A stretch of 63,833 nucleotides of DNA, the filler included. It is 5 parts of 5 records of this genome, joined end to end, with 100 filler letters (N's around TTAATTAATTAA, not from the genome) between each part and the next. Parts side by side here need not be neighbours in the genome. Positions count along the whole stretch, not along the records: positions 1 to 10,398 come from SRR20825010_1546; positions 10,499 to 22,974 come from SRR20825010_1547; 3 more parts are not named here. The stretch is one strand, 5' to 3'. The notes below the pieces were generated by a model that saw only the letters and a program-made list of their open reading frames with translations, was not told where the DNA came from and did no database searches. Within the stretch, counting starts at the first letter, position 1. Every line of letters begins with the position of its first letter. The translations under genes and the position numbers were made by a program. Positions 9,976-19,553 of the stretch are shown piece after piece.

Positions 9976-10398
9976 ATGGCAGCTCCAAATCTTGCATATC
10001 AATTTAAAATGGCTAATGTTTTGGTCAAGCTCATTGTTATCAATGTAGCTGTTTTTTTAATAATAAACTTAGGCTCTTTTTTCTTTAGCGTAAGTCCGCA
10101 GTTCTTGACACGTTGGTTTGTTTTAAGCGATAGTTTTGATACTATTTTAATTCATCCATGGTCTGTAATTACCTATGGGTTTATACACTTTGGGTTTTTA
10201 CATATTTTGTTTAATATGATCTGGCTGTATTGGTTTGGACAATTTGTTTTAAATCTTTTTACAGGAAAACGATTGATTACAGTGTATATGCTCGGCGCTC
10301 TTTTTGGGGGGCTACTTTTTGTGTTGGCATATAATTTATTTCCAGTTTTTGCTGAAAGTAGAGGTTTTTTAATTGGTGCATCTGGCGCAGTTACAGCC
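9976..10398 (+). CDS. Second rhomboid protease (truncated by contig end)
   Basis: HILFNM and GASG motifs; runs into the linker. Confidence 0.88.
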
Positions 10399-10498
10399 NN
10401 NNNNNNNNNNNNNNNNNNNNNNNNNNNNNNNNNNNNNNNNNNTTAATTAATTAANNNNNNNNNNNNNNNNNNNNNNNNNNNNNNNNNNNNNNNNNNNN
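10399..10498. other. Artificial contig linker
   Basis: N44-TTAATTAATTAA-N44 (stop codons in all six frames). Confidence 0.98.
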
Positions 10499-10654
10499 GG
10501 AAAACGCTCTGGATATAATAAGTAAATCGTTTTGTTTTGAGCTAAAAATAATCTTCCTTTTTTTATTCTCCTTTAAATTTAGAAGGTATTCGATATTAAA
10601 AACTAAAATGTTTAGCTATAAATTTATGTTTGTTTTAGTTTGTATTTTGTTTAC

Positions 10655-10720
10655 TTTTTTGGAGCGTAGCGGAAAAAATTTGTAAAGCAAGAGGATAACA
10701 CGCTGCGCGATGTTATATTT
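10655..10720 (-). mobile_element. Putative oriT-like site
   Basis: Minus strand reads ATAACATCGC-GCA-GCGTGTTAT (inverted repeat) immediately followed by CCTCTTGC; resembles inverted repeat + nic architecture. Confidence 0.35.
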
Positions 10721-11179
10721 TTTAAATCATTTGTTTTTAGTCTTTTATAATTGTTTGCAAATTTACTTTTTAGTAAATTTTCGTGAAAAAACTGCAAACA
10801 GTCTATTAATAGGCAAATTTTTCACGGATTTTTTAGTAAAAATGATTTTCAATTAAAAAAATATAGAAAAGTTACTTCGTAAAAGGTGAGTGGAAGATAT
10901 TGGGTTTGTCGCATTAATTTTATTTGTTTTAAATATAAAATTAATTTTTCATGAAGATGAATATATCTCTTATTTTAAGGTACACTTATAAAAAATAGTT
11001 CTTTGAATTTATATATGTTTAAAGCGTTTGTTTTTGTTTTAAAACTGTGTGAGTTGTATCTTTACAATCAGAATGAAAGTCAATAGATGACAATTTCTTT
11101 CAATTTTAAAGGTAGTAATTCGGTTACCTAACCCAATTATTATCTTGAAACCTAATAAAACCTAATGCTATGGAGGAAA

Positions 11180-11202
11180 GGTTTGAATCCCTTCGCGGTC
11201 AC
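11180..11202 (+). mobile_element. tRNA 3'-end remnant (probably tRNA-Arg); likely attachment site
   Basis: GGTTTGAATCCCTTCGCGGTCAC = T-loop, 3' T-stem, acceptor strand and discriminator; no D or anticodon arm upstream. Confidence 0.6.
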
Positions 11203-11205
11203 AAA

Positions 11206-11257
11206 AAAATGCTTCACATCAAATCAAGTTAGCTTGTATTTGTAAGTGAAGCATTTT
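11206..11257. terminator. Extended hairpin terminator
   Basis: AAAATGCTTCAC...GTGAAGCATTTT with an inner CAAG-TTAG-CTTG stem. Confidence 0.7.
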
Positions 11258-11287
11258 GTTTTATAAGAAACTTCAAAATGTATTCCG

Positions 11288-11728
11288 TTACGCTCCAAAC
11301 TGTTTTAAGTGATGGTCTAAATGTTTGTACTGCATTTGTCCCCATTGTTGTGGCGTAAATTTCCCAAAAAGTGGGTGTGGCGTCCATTCAGTTTCGTTTT
11401 TCTTTGCATGAAATTGTGTTACTAATTTTTCGAGTTCATTTTTTTCAGTTTCAAATTCCTTACTTTCTTTAATAACAAACGATTTTGCGGTAGGTAAGTT
11501 TTGCTTCCAAGGTTTATCGTTGTAGAGTGATTTTTTAAATAAAAATGCTAAAGGGAAAAATTGCTTTTTTAAGTTTTCTTTCCCTAAAGAAACATTTAAT
11601 GGTTGCTGGCAATGATAAAGCATCTGAGCAACATCCATCTTTCCCCATTTGCGTTCACTTGCTGTTGAAAGCGTATTTAATCTTTCTGTTATTTCGTTAA
11701 AGGATTCAGTTTCAAAAAGTGATTTCAT
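11288..11728 (-). CDS. DUF1569 / DinB-like protein
   Basis: WGKMDVAQMLYHC, HPLFG, KHLDHHLKQFG. Confidence 0.85.
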   Translation of the reverse strand: MKSLFETESFNEITERLNTLSTASERKWGKMDVAQMLYHCQQPLNVSLGKENLKKQFFPLAFLFKKSLYNDKPWKQNLPTAKSFVIKESKEFETEKNELEKLVTQFHAKKNETEWTPHPLFGKFTPQQWGQMQYKHLDHHLKQFGA

Positions 11729-11859
11729 TGTTTAATAATTTAGAGTATTTAAAGTAAAGGTATTTATTATTGCTTAACTTTAAGCAATTTAAGGTTGCTT
11801 TTAGTAAAAACATATATTGTTTCGTTATTTGATTGTTATCTTTAAGAAAATACATTATC

Positions 11860-12555
11860 GTGGAAGAAAATAATTTCTTTTCCATTAAAAATTGGAACGA
11901 AGACGATCGCCCTCGCGAAAAATTATTGCTAAAAGGCCACGCGGCGCTTAGCGATGCAGAACTTATTGCTATTCTTATTAGTTCAGGAAGTCGTAACGAA
12001 AGTGCAGTTTCTTTAAGCCAGCGTATTTTAGCCACTGTTGGTAATAATTTAAGTGAATTAGGAAGGCTTTCTATTTCCGATTTATTGAAATTTAAAGGTA
12101 TAGGTGAAGCAAAAGCAATTAGTATTATAGCTGCGATGGAATTAGGCCGTAGACGACGAGCAGGTGAAGCTTTAGAGCGAAAAAAAATCACCTCTAGCAA
12201 TTCCGTATTTGAATATATTCAGCCTATAATTGGGGAACTTCCACATGAAGAGTTTTGGATCCTTTATCTGAATAACTCAAACAAAATTATAAAAAGCGCT
12301 CAATTAAGTAAAGGAGGAATTACCGGAACTATTGTCGATGTTCGTTTAACTTTTAAAGAGGCTTTGCAGCTTGGTGCCGTCGGTATTATTTTGGCTCATA
12401 ACCATCCTTCAGGTACTTTGAAACCTAGTCAATCAGACATTCAACTTACAAAAAAGTTAAAAACTGCTGGTGAAAGTTTAGACATAAAAGTGTTGGATCA
12501 CCTTATTATTACTGAAAAAGCGTATTTTAGCTTTGCTGATGAAAATATGCTGTAA
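11860..12555 (+). CDS. radC: RadC (JAB domain) protein
   Basis: DRPREKL, LSDAELIAIL, AHNHPSG, LDHLII; probable GTG start. Confidence 0.93.
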   Translation: MEENNFFSIKNWNEDDRPREKLLLKGHAALSDAELIAILISSGSRNESAVSLSQRILATVGNNLSELGRLSISDLLKFKGIGEAKAISIIAAMELGRRRRAGEALERKKITSSNSVFEYIQPIIGELPHEEFWILYLNNSNKIIKSAQLSKGGITGTIVDVRLTFKEALQLGAVGIILAHNHPSGTLKPSQSDIQLTKKLKTAGESLDIKVLDHLIITEKAYFSFADENML

Positions 12556-12561
12556 CCTTTT

Positions 12562-13854
12562 ATGTTATTAATCTACACCCAAAAAATTACTCCTAGAATA
12601 TCTTATATTTTTAAGCACATTTGTCTGCGAATTTTAGGTGTCGATGTTATTTTTACTTCGGTAATTGAAGAGTTTATCGCGCATAATGGCCCTAAAATTT
12701 CCTATGGAAAAAAGCCCTTAGGAAATGAGCTTTTTTTTCAAAGTCATGGGTTATTAGAGCAACAAGGTCTTGAATCTTTTGAAGTTACTGTAAAAAAATG
12801 GGGTGAAACCTATGGTTTTTTTGCCGTTTCAAATACGAGTGGCCTTCCTTTTGATATTTTTTCGTCTAGCTTTTATATGATAACGCGTTACGAAGAGTAT
12901 TTGCCGCACGTAAAAGATGAATTAGGACGTTTTATGGCTTCTGAAAGTCTGGCGTTAAAAGAAGGTTTTCTTCAACAACCCATTGTAGATATTTGGGCAT
13001 ATTTGTTTAAGTCTAAACTTTTGGAAGCTTTTCCTGAGATGAAGTTTCCCGAAAAAAAGATTGAAATCCACCCTGTAATTGAAGCAGCCCAACCATATGC
13101 ATATAAACAGAAAGGATTGTTCCGTTCCATAGTGGGGTATGTAAATAGCTTATTTAAAGGTAAATTACGAAGCATTTTTACTAGAACACAAGTTATTTTA
13201 GGCTTAAAACGTGATCCATTAGATACTTTTAAATGGATCGTGAACAAAGCTACAAGGAGTGATTTCAATTTTACAATTTTCTTTCTTTTAGGTAATTCAT
13301 TGTCCTTTAATGAAAGTATGAATACCCACCGTCAAAAATTTAAATTACTTATTAAATACGTTTCAGATTATAAAGAAGTTGGACTTATTTTTTCGTTTAA
13401 TTCACTCTGTGATTATGAAATGCTAAAAAGCGAAAAACGCAGAATTGAAGAAATTACCAACCGTAAGCTCTCCAATTCTATGAATTCTGAATATTTAGTA
13501 AACCTACCTGATATATATCGTCATTTGGTTGAGCTAGAGGTAAAACGTGATTTTACAATGGTTTTTCGTGACACTGTAGGTTTTCGAGCGGGAACTTGTA
13601 CACCTTTTCTTTTTTATGATTTGGACTATGAAATTAAAACCCCTTTAATTGTCCATCCTGCTGCCATGACCACACTTGCATTTCAGAAAAAATATGCATC
13701 CGATATAGAAAAAACGGTGTACAGACTTATAAAATCTGTGGAAGAAGTAAATGGAACTTTCACAATGATTTTTTCAAATAAAGACCTTTCAGCTACAGAA
13801 AATAATAAAGTGTGGCGAAATATTTTTTCAGAAAAATTACAAGAATATGCTTAA
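12562..13854 (+). CDS. Polysaccharide deacetylase-like conserved Bacteroidota protein
   Basis: RYEEYLPH..D..GRF and GFRAGTCTPF motifs; radC-yjjG synteny. Confidence 0.65.
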   Translation: MLLIYTQKITPRISYIFKHICLRILGVDVIFTSVIEEFIAHNGPKISYGKKPLGNELFFQSHGLLEQQGLESFEVTVKKWGETYGFFAVSNTSGLPFDIFSSSFYMITRYEEYLPHVKDELGRFMASESLALKEGFLQQPIVDIWAYLFKSKLLEAFPEMKFPEKKIEIHPVIEAAQPYAYKQKGLFRSIVGYVNSLFKGKLRSIFTRTQVILGLKRDPLDTFKWIVNKATRSDFNFTIFFLLGNSLSFNESMNTHRQKFKLLIKYVSDYKEVGLIFSFNSLCDYEMLKSEKRRIEEITNRKLSNSMNSEYLVNLPDIYRHLVELEVKRDFTMVFRDTVGFRAGTCTPFLFYDLDYEIKTPLIVHPAAMTTLAFQKKYASDIEKTVYRLIKSVEEVNGTFTMIFSNKDLSATENNKVWRNIFSEKLQEYA

Positions 13855-14536
13855 AACTGAAATAACAGATGTTTTTTTTGATTTAGACCATACCTTATGG
13901 GACTTTGATCGAAATTCTAGTTTGGCGTTTGAACGTGTTTTTAGAAAGCACAATATTGATCTGTCGTTAACTGATTTTTTAAAAGAATATGAACCAATAA
14001 ATCTAGTGTATTGGAAAAAATTTAGAGAAGAACGTGTTACAAAAGAAGAACTTAGAAGAGGACGGTTAACCGAAACTTTTGATATTTTTAAAGTACAATA
14101 CCCAATGGAAACCATCGATGCGCTTGCAGATAGTTATATTGAAGAACTTCCTGTGGACAATCATCTTTTTGTAGACACCATTGATATTCTAAATTACCTT
14201 TCAAGCAAATACAAGCTTCATATTATAACAAATGGTTTTGAAACCGTGCAGCATTTAAAATTACAAAATAGCGGTATTAAAAAATATTTTTCAACCGTTA
14301 CAACTTCTGAAGAGATAGGTTTAAAAAAACCACACCCACTCGTGTTTCAAACAGCTTTAAAAAAAGCTTCCGCCATGGCTGAAAAGAGTATAATGATTGG
14401 CGACAGTCTTGAAGCAGATATTATGGGTGCAAATAAAGCAGGAATGCACACTTTGTTTTTTAATTATAGAAATGAAGTCATAGAAACACCCTACATTGCT
14501 ATTAATGAACTTTACGAAATTAAAAATTATTTATAG
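13847..14536 (+). CDS. yjjG: YjjG-family HAD noncanonical pyrimidine nucleotidase
   Basis: FFDLDHTLWDF, ITNGF, KKPHP, MIGDSLEADIMGA. Confidence 0.9.
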   Translation: MLKTEITDVFFDLDHTLWDFDRNSSLAFERVFRKHNIDLSLTDFLKEYEPINLVYWKKFREERVTKEELRRGRLTETFDIFKVQYPMETIDALADSYIEELPVDNHLFVDTIDILNYLSSKYKLHIITNGFETVQHLKLQNSGIKKYFSTVTTSEEIGLKKPHPLVFQTALKKASAMAEKSIMIGDSLEADIMGANKAGMHTLFFNYRNEVIETPYIAINELYEIKNYL

Positions 14537-14584
14537 TAATAATCTAATGTAAAATTGCGTTAACATCAAGTAAACTACCTATTT

Positions 14585-15133
14585 ATGGATAAAATCATTA
14601 AATTTTCAGTTTTTTTGGTTTGCGCATGTTTTTTTTTCACTGCTTGTATTCAAGATACAGATTTTGAACAAGCAGATGATGTTACTTTAGCTCCAATAGT
14701 TGAATTGGATTTAATTTATTTTAATCTTCCAGCTGCTAATTTTTATGATTCAATAAATGCAACGCCAATTCTTACTGTTCGTGACACTACTGAAATTAAA
14801 TTTTTGGATGATAGCTCAATTCAAGATAACTTAATTCGGGCGGAATTTTATTTTAAATTCACTAATAGTATTCCACGAAGTTTTCATGTAGACTTTCAGT
14901 TTTTAAGTGAATTTAATGATACTACATATGTTACAGCGACATCCGTAAATACAGGTACACTAGCTAAACCAGTTATTACAGAATTTTTTCATAACGTTGC
15001 GGGCGAAGACATTTTAGAGCTTACAAAAGCAAATAAAGTTGTGGTTTCGGTAACCATTCCTTCTTCTGAAGAAAATCTTGATGGAACTTTAAACCTGAAA
15101 TCCAAAACAACATATTTTTTCGAAAAAAACTAG
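14585..15133 (+). CDS. Hypothetical lipoprotein
   Basis: Lipobox FTAC followed by acidic residues. Confidence 0.7.
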   Translation: MDKIIKFSVFLVCACFFFTACIQDTDFEQADDVTLAPIVELDLIYFNLPAANFYDSINATPILTVRDTTEIKFLDDSSIQDNLIRAEFYFKFTNSIPRSFHVDFQFLSEFNDTTYVTATSVNTGTLAKPVITEFFHNVAGEDILELTKANKVVVSVTIPSSEENLDGTLNLKSKTTYFFEKN

Positions 15134-15134
15134 A

Positions 15135-16550
15135 ATGCGTTATATCCTTGTTTATATTTTTTGCCTAATAGGAGGGTTTGCTGTTTCTCAAAATAAGCAA
15201 ATACTATATGGATTTGATGATGTGCCACAATCGCTTATGCTTAATCCTGGTACTAAAGTGTCTCAGAAAAAACATTATGGCATTCCTTTTTTTTCACAGC
15301 TGCATTTTAATGGTGGCTCTTCAGGTGTTTCAGTGTATGATATATTTAAAGAAGGTACTGATGATATAAATGATCGGATAACCGAAAAAATATTCGAAAT
15401 GAAAAACACTGATTTTTTTACTGCTACACAACAATTAGAACTTATAAATTTCGGTTGGAGAGCTCAGAATGAAATTTACTTTTCTGGAGGAATTTATCAG
15501 GAATTTGATTTTATTTTTTACTTCCCAAGAGATTTAGCAATTCTTACTTGGCAAGGAAATCGAGACTATTTAGATTATGAATTTAATTTTGGAGAGATTA
15601 GCACTACAGGCGATTTTTTAACTGTTTATCATTTCGGACTCAACAAACAGATTACTAATAAATTGAATCTTGGTATTCGTTTTAAGCTATATTCAAGTAT
15701 GGCTAGTTTTCGAAGTGTAAATAATTACGGAACTTTTGTTACTACTTTAGGTGATGAAAATTCTGAAAACATATATGAACATACTGTGAAAAATGCAAAT
15801 ATAAGTGTACAAACCTCTGGTATTGCATCTTTAAGTGAAATGGATAATTCATCCCAGATAGTTAGTGAAATATTGGGAAGGACTCTTTTTGGAGGTAATA
15901 TTGGAGTAGGAGTAGATTTAGGTTTTAATTATGATATAACAAGCGCTTTAAGCGTTTCTGCTAGTGCTTTAGATCTTGGTGCTATATTTCATTCAAATGA
16001 TGTAGAAACATATGCTGCACACGGAAACTACACCTTAGATGGAATAAACTTACTTTTTCCGCCTTTAAATCAAGGAGAAACTACGTTTCCATATTATGAA
16101 GACCTAGAAGACGAACTAGAGCGAGAATTTCCAATTGATACGATTTATAGTGGATATACTCAAATGCGACCTGTTAAACTTAATGCAGGAATTAATTATG
16201 GGTTTGGGTTTTTCAATTCCTCAGGTGCCTGTGATTGCCTTAATATGGACAACGGAAATTTATATAAACACAATATAGGTTTTCAATTCTATTCTGTTTT
16301 TAGACCAAAAGGCGCTCAAATGGCAGGTACATTCTATTATCATAGAAGATTGTCTGAGTTTTTGTCCACCAAAGCTACCTATACTCTAGATTCTTATTCA
16401 GTTTCTAACGTAGGGCTAGGAGTAGTTACTACAATTGGAAATTTAAATTTTTATGTAGCGGCTGATAACCTCCTAAAATATGGCAACTTGGCAAAAGCAA
16501 AAAGTGTATCTTTACAACTAGGTTTTAACATTATTATAGACGAAGAATGA
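15135..16550 (+). CDS. Outer-membrane beta-barrel protein (DUF5723-like)
   Basis: Signal peptide, LNPG motif, amphipathic beta strands, GVGVDLG. Confidence 0.65.
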   Translation: MRYILVYIFCLIGGFAVSQNKQILYGFDDVPQSLMLNPGTKVSQKKHYGIPFFSQLHFNGGSSGVSVYDIFKEGTDDINDRITEKIFEMKNTDFFTATQQLELINFGWRAQNEIYFSGGIYQEFDFIFYFPRDLAILTWQGNRDYLDYEFNFGEISTTGDFLTVYHFGLNKQITNKLNLGIRFKLYSSMASFRSVNNYGTFVTTLGDENSENIYEHTVKNANISVQTSGIASLSEMDNSSQIVSEILGRTLFGGNIGVGVDLGFNYDITSALSVSASALDLGAIFHSNDVETYAAHGNYTLDGINLLFPPLNQGETTFPYYEDLEDELEREFPIDTIYSGYTQMRPVKLNAGINYGFGFFNSSGACDCLNMDNGNLYKHNIGFQFYSVFRPKGAQMAGTFYYHRRLSEFLSTKATYTLDSYSVSNVGLGVVTTIGNLNFYVAADNLLKYGNLAKAKSVSLQLGFNIIIDEE

Positions 16551-17341
16551 CACGATTTTTTTTACTTTTTATTTCAATATTACTTACTTTAAATACGTTT
16601 TCACAAAATAAAAATTTAAGTGACTATAGTTATATCATTGTTCCTGATCAGTTTGATTTTTTAAATGAAAAAGATCAATTTCAATTGAATTCAATGACAA
16701 AATTTTATTTTGAAAAAAATGGTTATAATGCTTATTTGAGTGAATTGGCTCCTAATGCCAACCGTTGTGATGGATTGTATGCAAATGTTGAAAAACTAAA
16801 AATGATTTTAGGAACAAAGCTTCAAATCGTTATTAAGGATTGTAACGATGTTGAAATTTATAGAAGTACTGAGGGGAGAAGTAAGTATAAGGAATTTGAT
16901 AAATCATACCAAGATGCATTGCGAAAAGCATTCTCAAGTATTGAAGGAATGGGTGTAAAACAAAAAGATGTTGTTTTATTAGCGGATACCGCCAATGCTC
17001 CTGCAGTAGAAGAGACAATAAAAACGGAGGTTATTTCAAAGGTTGTTAGACCAAATATTTCAAATGTTTCAGGAAATATACTTCCAGAATCAAAATTTTC
17101 AAACTATTCTAGTTCAGGAAAAACATTTCTGCTTCGTAAAACTGCAGATGGCTATTCCCTATATGAAGAATCTACAAGTGCAGCTGATGGGCTACTTTTA
17201 AAGGGCAAAATAATAGTGTTGGATAAAGTAGTGAAGTATATGGATACTTCTGGAGATAGTTATGATGCTACTTTTGATCCTTCTGGAAATTTAACCATTA
17301 AAAATGATGCTATGTTTAAGGTTTTCAAAGCGGAAAACTAA
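16547..17341 (+). CDS. Hypothetical secreted protein
   Basis: Signal peptide; YSYIIVPDQFDF and GRSKYKEFDKSYQDALRKAF. Confidence 0.7.
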   Translation: MTRFFLLFISILLTLNTFSQNKNLSDYSYIIVPDQFDFLNEKDQFQLNSMTKFYFEKNGYNAYLSELAPNANRCDGLYANVEKLKMILGTKLQIVIKDCNDVEIYRSTEGRSKYKEFDKSYQDALRKAFSSIEGMGVKQKDVVLLADTANAPAVEETIKTEVISKVVRPNISNVSGNILPESKFSNYSSSGKTFLLRKTADGYSLYEESTSAADGLLLKGKIIVLDKVVKYMDTSGDSYDATFDPSGNLTIKNDAMFKVFKAEN

Positions 17342-18615
17342 AAACTATATTTCTCCTTCCAAAGTTGTTTTAAATAACTTTTTAGCGCGTTTTCCTTCGG
17401 ATTATTACCAGGTTTGTAAAAGGTTGTGCCTTTTATTTCTTCTGGGAGAAATTCATGCGGCACAAAGTTGCCTTCATAATTGTGGGCGTATTCGTATTCT
17501 TTTCCATAACCCAATTGTTTCATAAGTTTGGTTGGAGCGTTTCGAATGGACAACGGAACAGAAAGGTCGCCAGTTTGCCTTACCAATTGTTGCGCTTCGC
17601 CTATCGCTTTGTAAGAAGCATTGCTTTTATGGGACGTTGCTAAATAAATAGCGCACTGGCTTAAAATAATTCGTGCTTCTGGATAACCAATTGTATTAAC
17701 AGCCTGAAAAGTACTATTTGCCAATAATAGCGCATTTGGGTTTGCATTGCCAATATCTTCAGATGCAAGTATAACCATTCTTCGAGCAATAAACTTGATG
17801 TCTTCACCACCTTCAATCATTCGTGCCAACCAATATACTGCTGCATTTGGATCACTTCCTCGGATAGATTTTATAAAAGCTGAGATTATATCATAATGCT
17901 GTTCACCAGTTTTGTCATAAAGCACCGTGTTTTTTTGCGCTTTTTGCATTACCAGTTCATTGGTAATTACAACTTTTTCATTTTTTTCTGAAAGAATTAC
18001 TAATTCTAAAATATTCAGAAGTTTACGCGCATCTCCTCCTGAAAGCCTTATAAGCGCTTCTGTTTCTTTTAATGTTACTTTTTTTCTAGCTAATATTTCA
18101 TCTTCTTTTAAAGCTCTGTTTAATAAAGCTTCCATGTCCTCCCGACTGAAAGATTCTAAAACATACACTTGGCACCTAGATAAAAGCGCAGGAATTACTT
18201 CGAAACTCGGATTCTCTGTAGTTGCCCCTATTAATGTAATCCATCCTTTTTCTACAGCACCTAAAAGTGAATCTTGTTGTGATTTACTAAAACGGTGTAT
18301 TTCATCAATAAAAAGAATAGGATTTTTAGTTGAAAATAATGTGTCACTTTTCTTTGCTTTCTCAATCACTTCTCTTACTGCAGCCACACCGCTATCTACT
18401 GCACTTAGTGTATAAAATGGTCTGCCACTTTCGTTAGCAATAATATTTGCAAGTGTAGTTTTTCCAGTTCCTGGCGGCCCCCATAATATAATTGATGGAA
18501 TCATGCCTGTATTTAATTGAGACGTGAGCGAGCCTTTAGGGCCAACGAGATGCTGCTGACTTAAATATCCTTCAAGAGTATGTGGTCGTATACGTTCAGC
18601 GAGAGGTACGTTCAT
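17338..18615 (-). CDS. rarA: Replication-associated recombination protein A
   Basis: PLAERIRP, WGPPGTGKTT, FIDEIHRF, ISAFIKSIRGSD. Confidence 0.95.
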   Translation of the reverse strand: MNVPLAERIRPHTLEGYLSQQHLVGPKGSLTSQLNTGMIPSIILWGPPGTGKTTLANIIANESGRPFYTLSAVDSGVAAVREVIEKAKKSDTLFSTKNPILFIDEIHRFSKSQQDSLLGAVEKGWITLIGATTENPSFEVIPALLSRCQVYVLESFSREDMEALLNRALKEDEILARKKVTLKETEALIRLSGGDARKLLNILELVILSEKNEKVVITNELVMQKAQKNTVLYDKTGEQHYDIISAFIKSIRGSDPNAAVYWLARMIEGGEDIKFIARRMVILASEDIGNANPNALLLANSTFQAVNTIGYPEARIILSQCAIYLATSHKSNASYKAIGEAQQLVRQTGDLSVPLSIRNAPTKLMKQLGYGKEYEYAHNYEGNFVPHEFLPEEIKGTTFYKPGNNPKENALKSYLKQLWKEKYSF

Positions 18616-18779
18616 TTTTATTCTTTATATTTTTTGAATTATGAAGTTAAAAAGCACTAATAACTAGCTTTTTCAGTCCTCAGTTCAGTTAAATCCACTT
18701 CAAAATTACAATTTTATTCTCTTGACTGACAATTTATCATTAAATTGATTTGAGGTTTGTTTTTTGTAATAGGTTGTAT

Positions 18780-19547
18780 ATGTCTAATGAAAATCATTTA
18801 AAATTTAGCCCCGAAGTTTTTGGATACCCATTACTATTCGTCATAGTAATTTGGATTGTGTATTGGGTGGAAACACGTTTTGGTTTAAATTTTAATTCTT
18901 TTGGGGTGTATCCAAGAAAGATTGAAGGTTTGCAAGGCGTTATTTTTAGCCCTTTTATTCATGGAAGTTTAAAACATCTTTTTAATAATTCTATTCCCTT
19001 GTTTGTGCTTTCATCAGCCTTATTTTATTTCTATCGGTCTATTCGTTGGAAAGTTTTAATTTTCGGTTTATTGTTTACAGGCATTGCTACTTGGTTAATT
19101 GGCAGGCCATCTCTTCATATAGGGGCAAGTGGGGTAGTGTATTTATTGGCAGCTTTTTTGTTTTTTAAAGGGATTTTTTCAAAACAATTTCAACTTACTG
19201 CGCTATCACTGGCTGTTGTTTTTCTTTACGGAGGAATGTTATGGTATGTATTTCCTGTAAACCCTGATATTTCATGGGAAGGACACCTTTCTGGGTTTTT
19301 TATAGGTTTGGTTTTTGCTTTTTTCTTTAAAGGAAATCCAGTTCAAAATAAAAAATATGAATGGGAGAAAGAAGATTTTAACCCTGATAATGACCCATTT
19401 TTAAGACAATTTGATGAAAATGGAAACTTTATAGAGCCTATAAAAGAAGTGCCTATAGAAAATACTACTGAAGATACAACTTTAGCAAAAGTAAGACGAA
19501 TTAAAATTGTTTATACCCACCGTAAAAACACAGATTCTAAAACTTAA
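18780..19547 (+). CDS. Rhomboid-family intramembrane protease
   Basis: HLFNN, HIGASG, SWEGHL; start placed at MSNEN. Confidence 0.88.
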   Translation: MSNENHLKFSPEVFGYPLLFVIVIWIVYWVETRFGLNFNSFGVYPRKIEGLQGVIFSPFIHGSLKHLFNNSIPLFVLSSALFYFYRSIRWKVLIFGLLFTGIATWLIGRPSLHIGASGVVYLLAAFLFFKGIFSKQFQLTALSLAVVFLYGGMLWYVFPVNPDISWEGHLSGFFIGLVFAFFFKGNPVQNKKYEWEKEDFNPDNDPFLRQFDENGNFIEPIKEVPIENTTEDTTLAKVRRIKIVYTHRKNTDSKT

Positions 19548-19553
19548 TAAGTG

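Noticed and set aside
10443-10454. TTAATTAATTAA recurring four times inside N runs
   Set aside because: Artificial six-frame-stop spacer, not a biological repeat or CRISPR array
11130-11202. Complete tRNA gene
   Set aside because: No 5' acceptor strand, D-arm or anticodon arm upstream; only the 3' fragment is present
11860-12555. radC as a mobile-element marker near the att-like site
   Set aside because: It is the full-length chromosomal form with the N-terminal DRPREKL/HhH region, lies outside the att junction and heads a housekeeping-type operon
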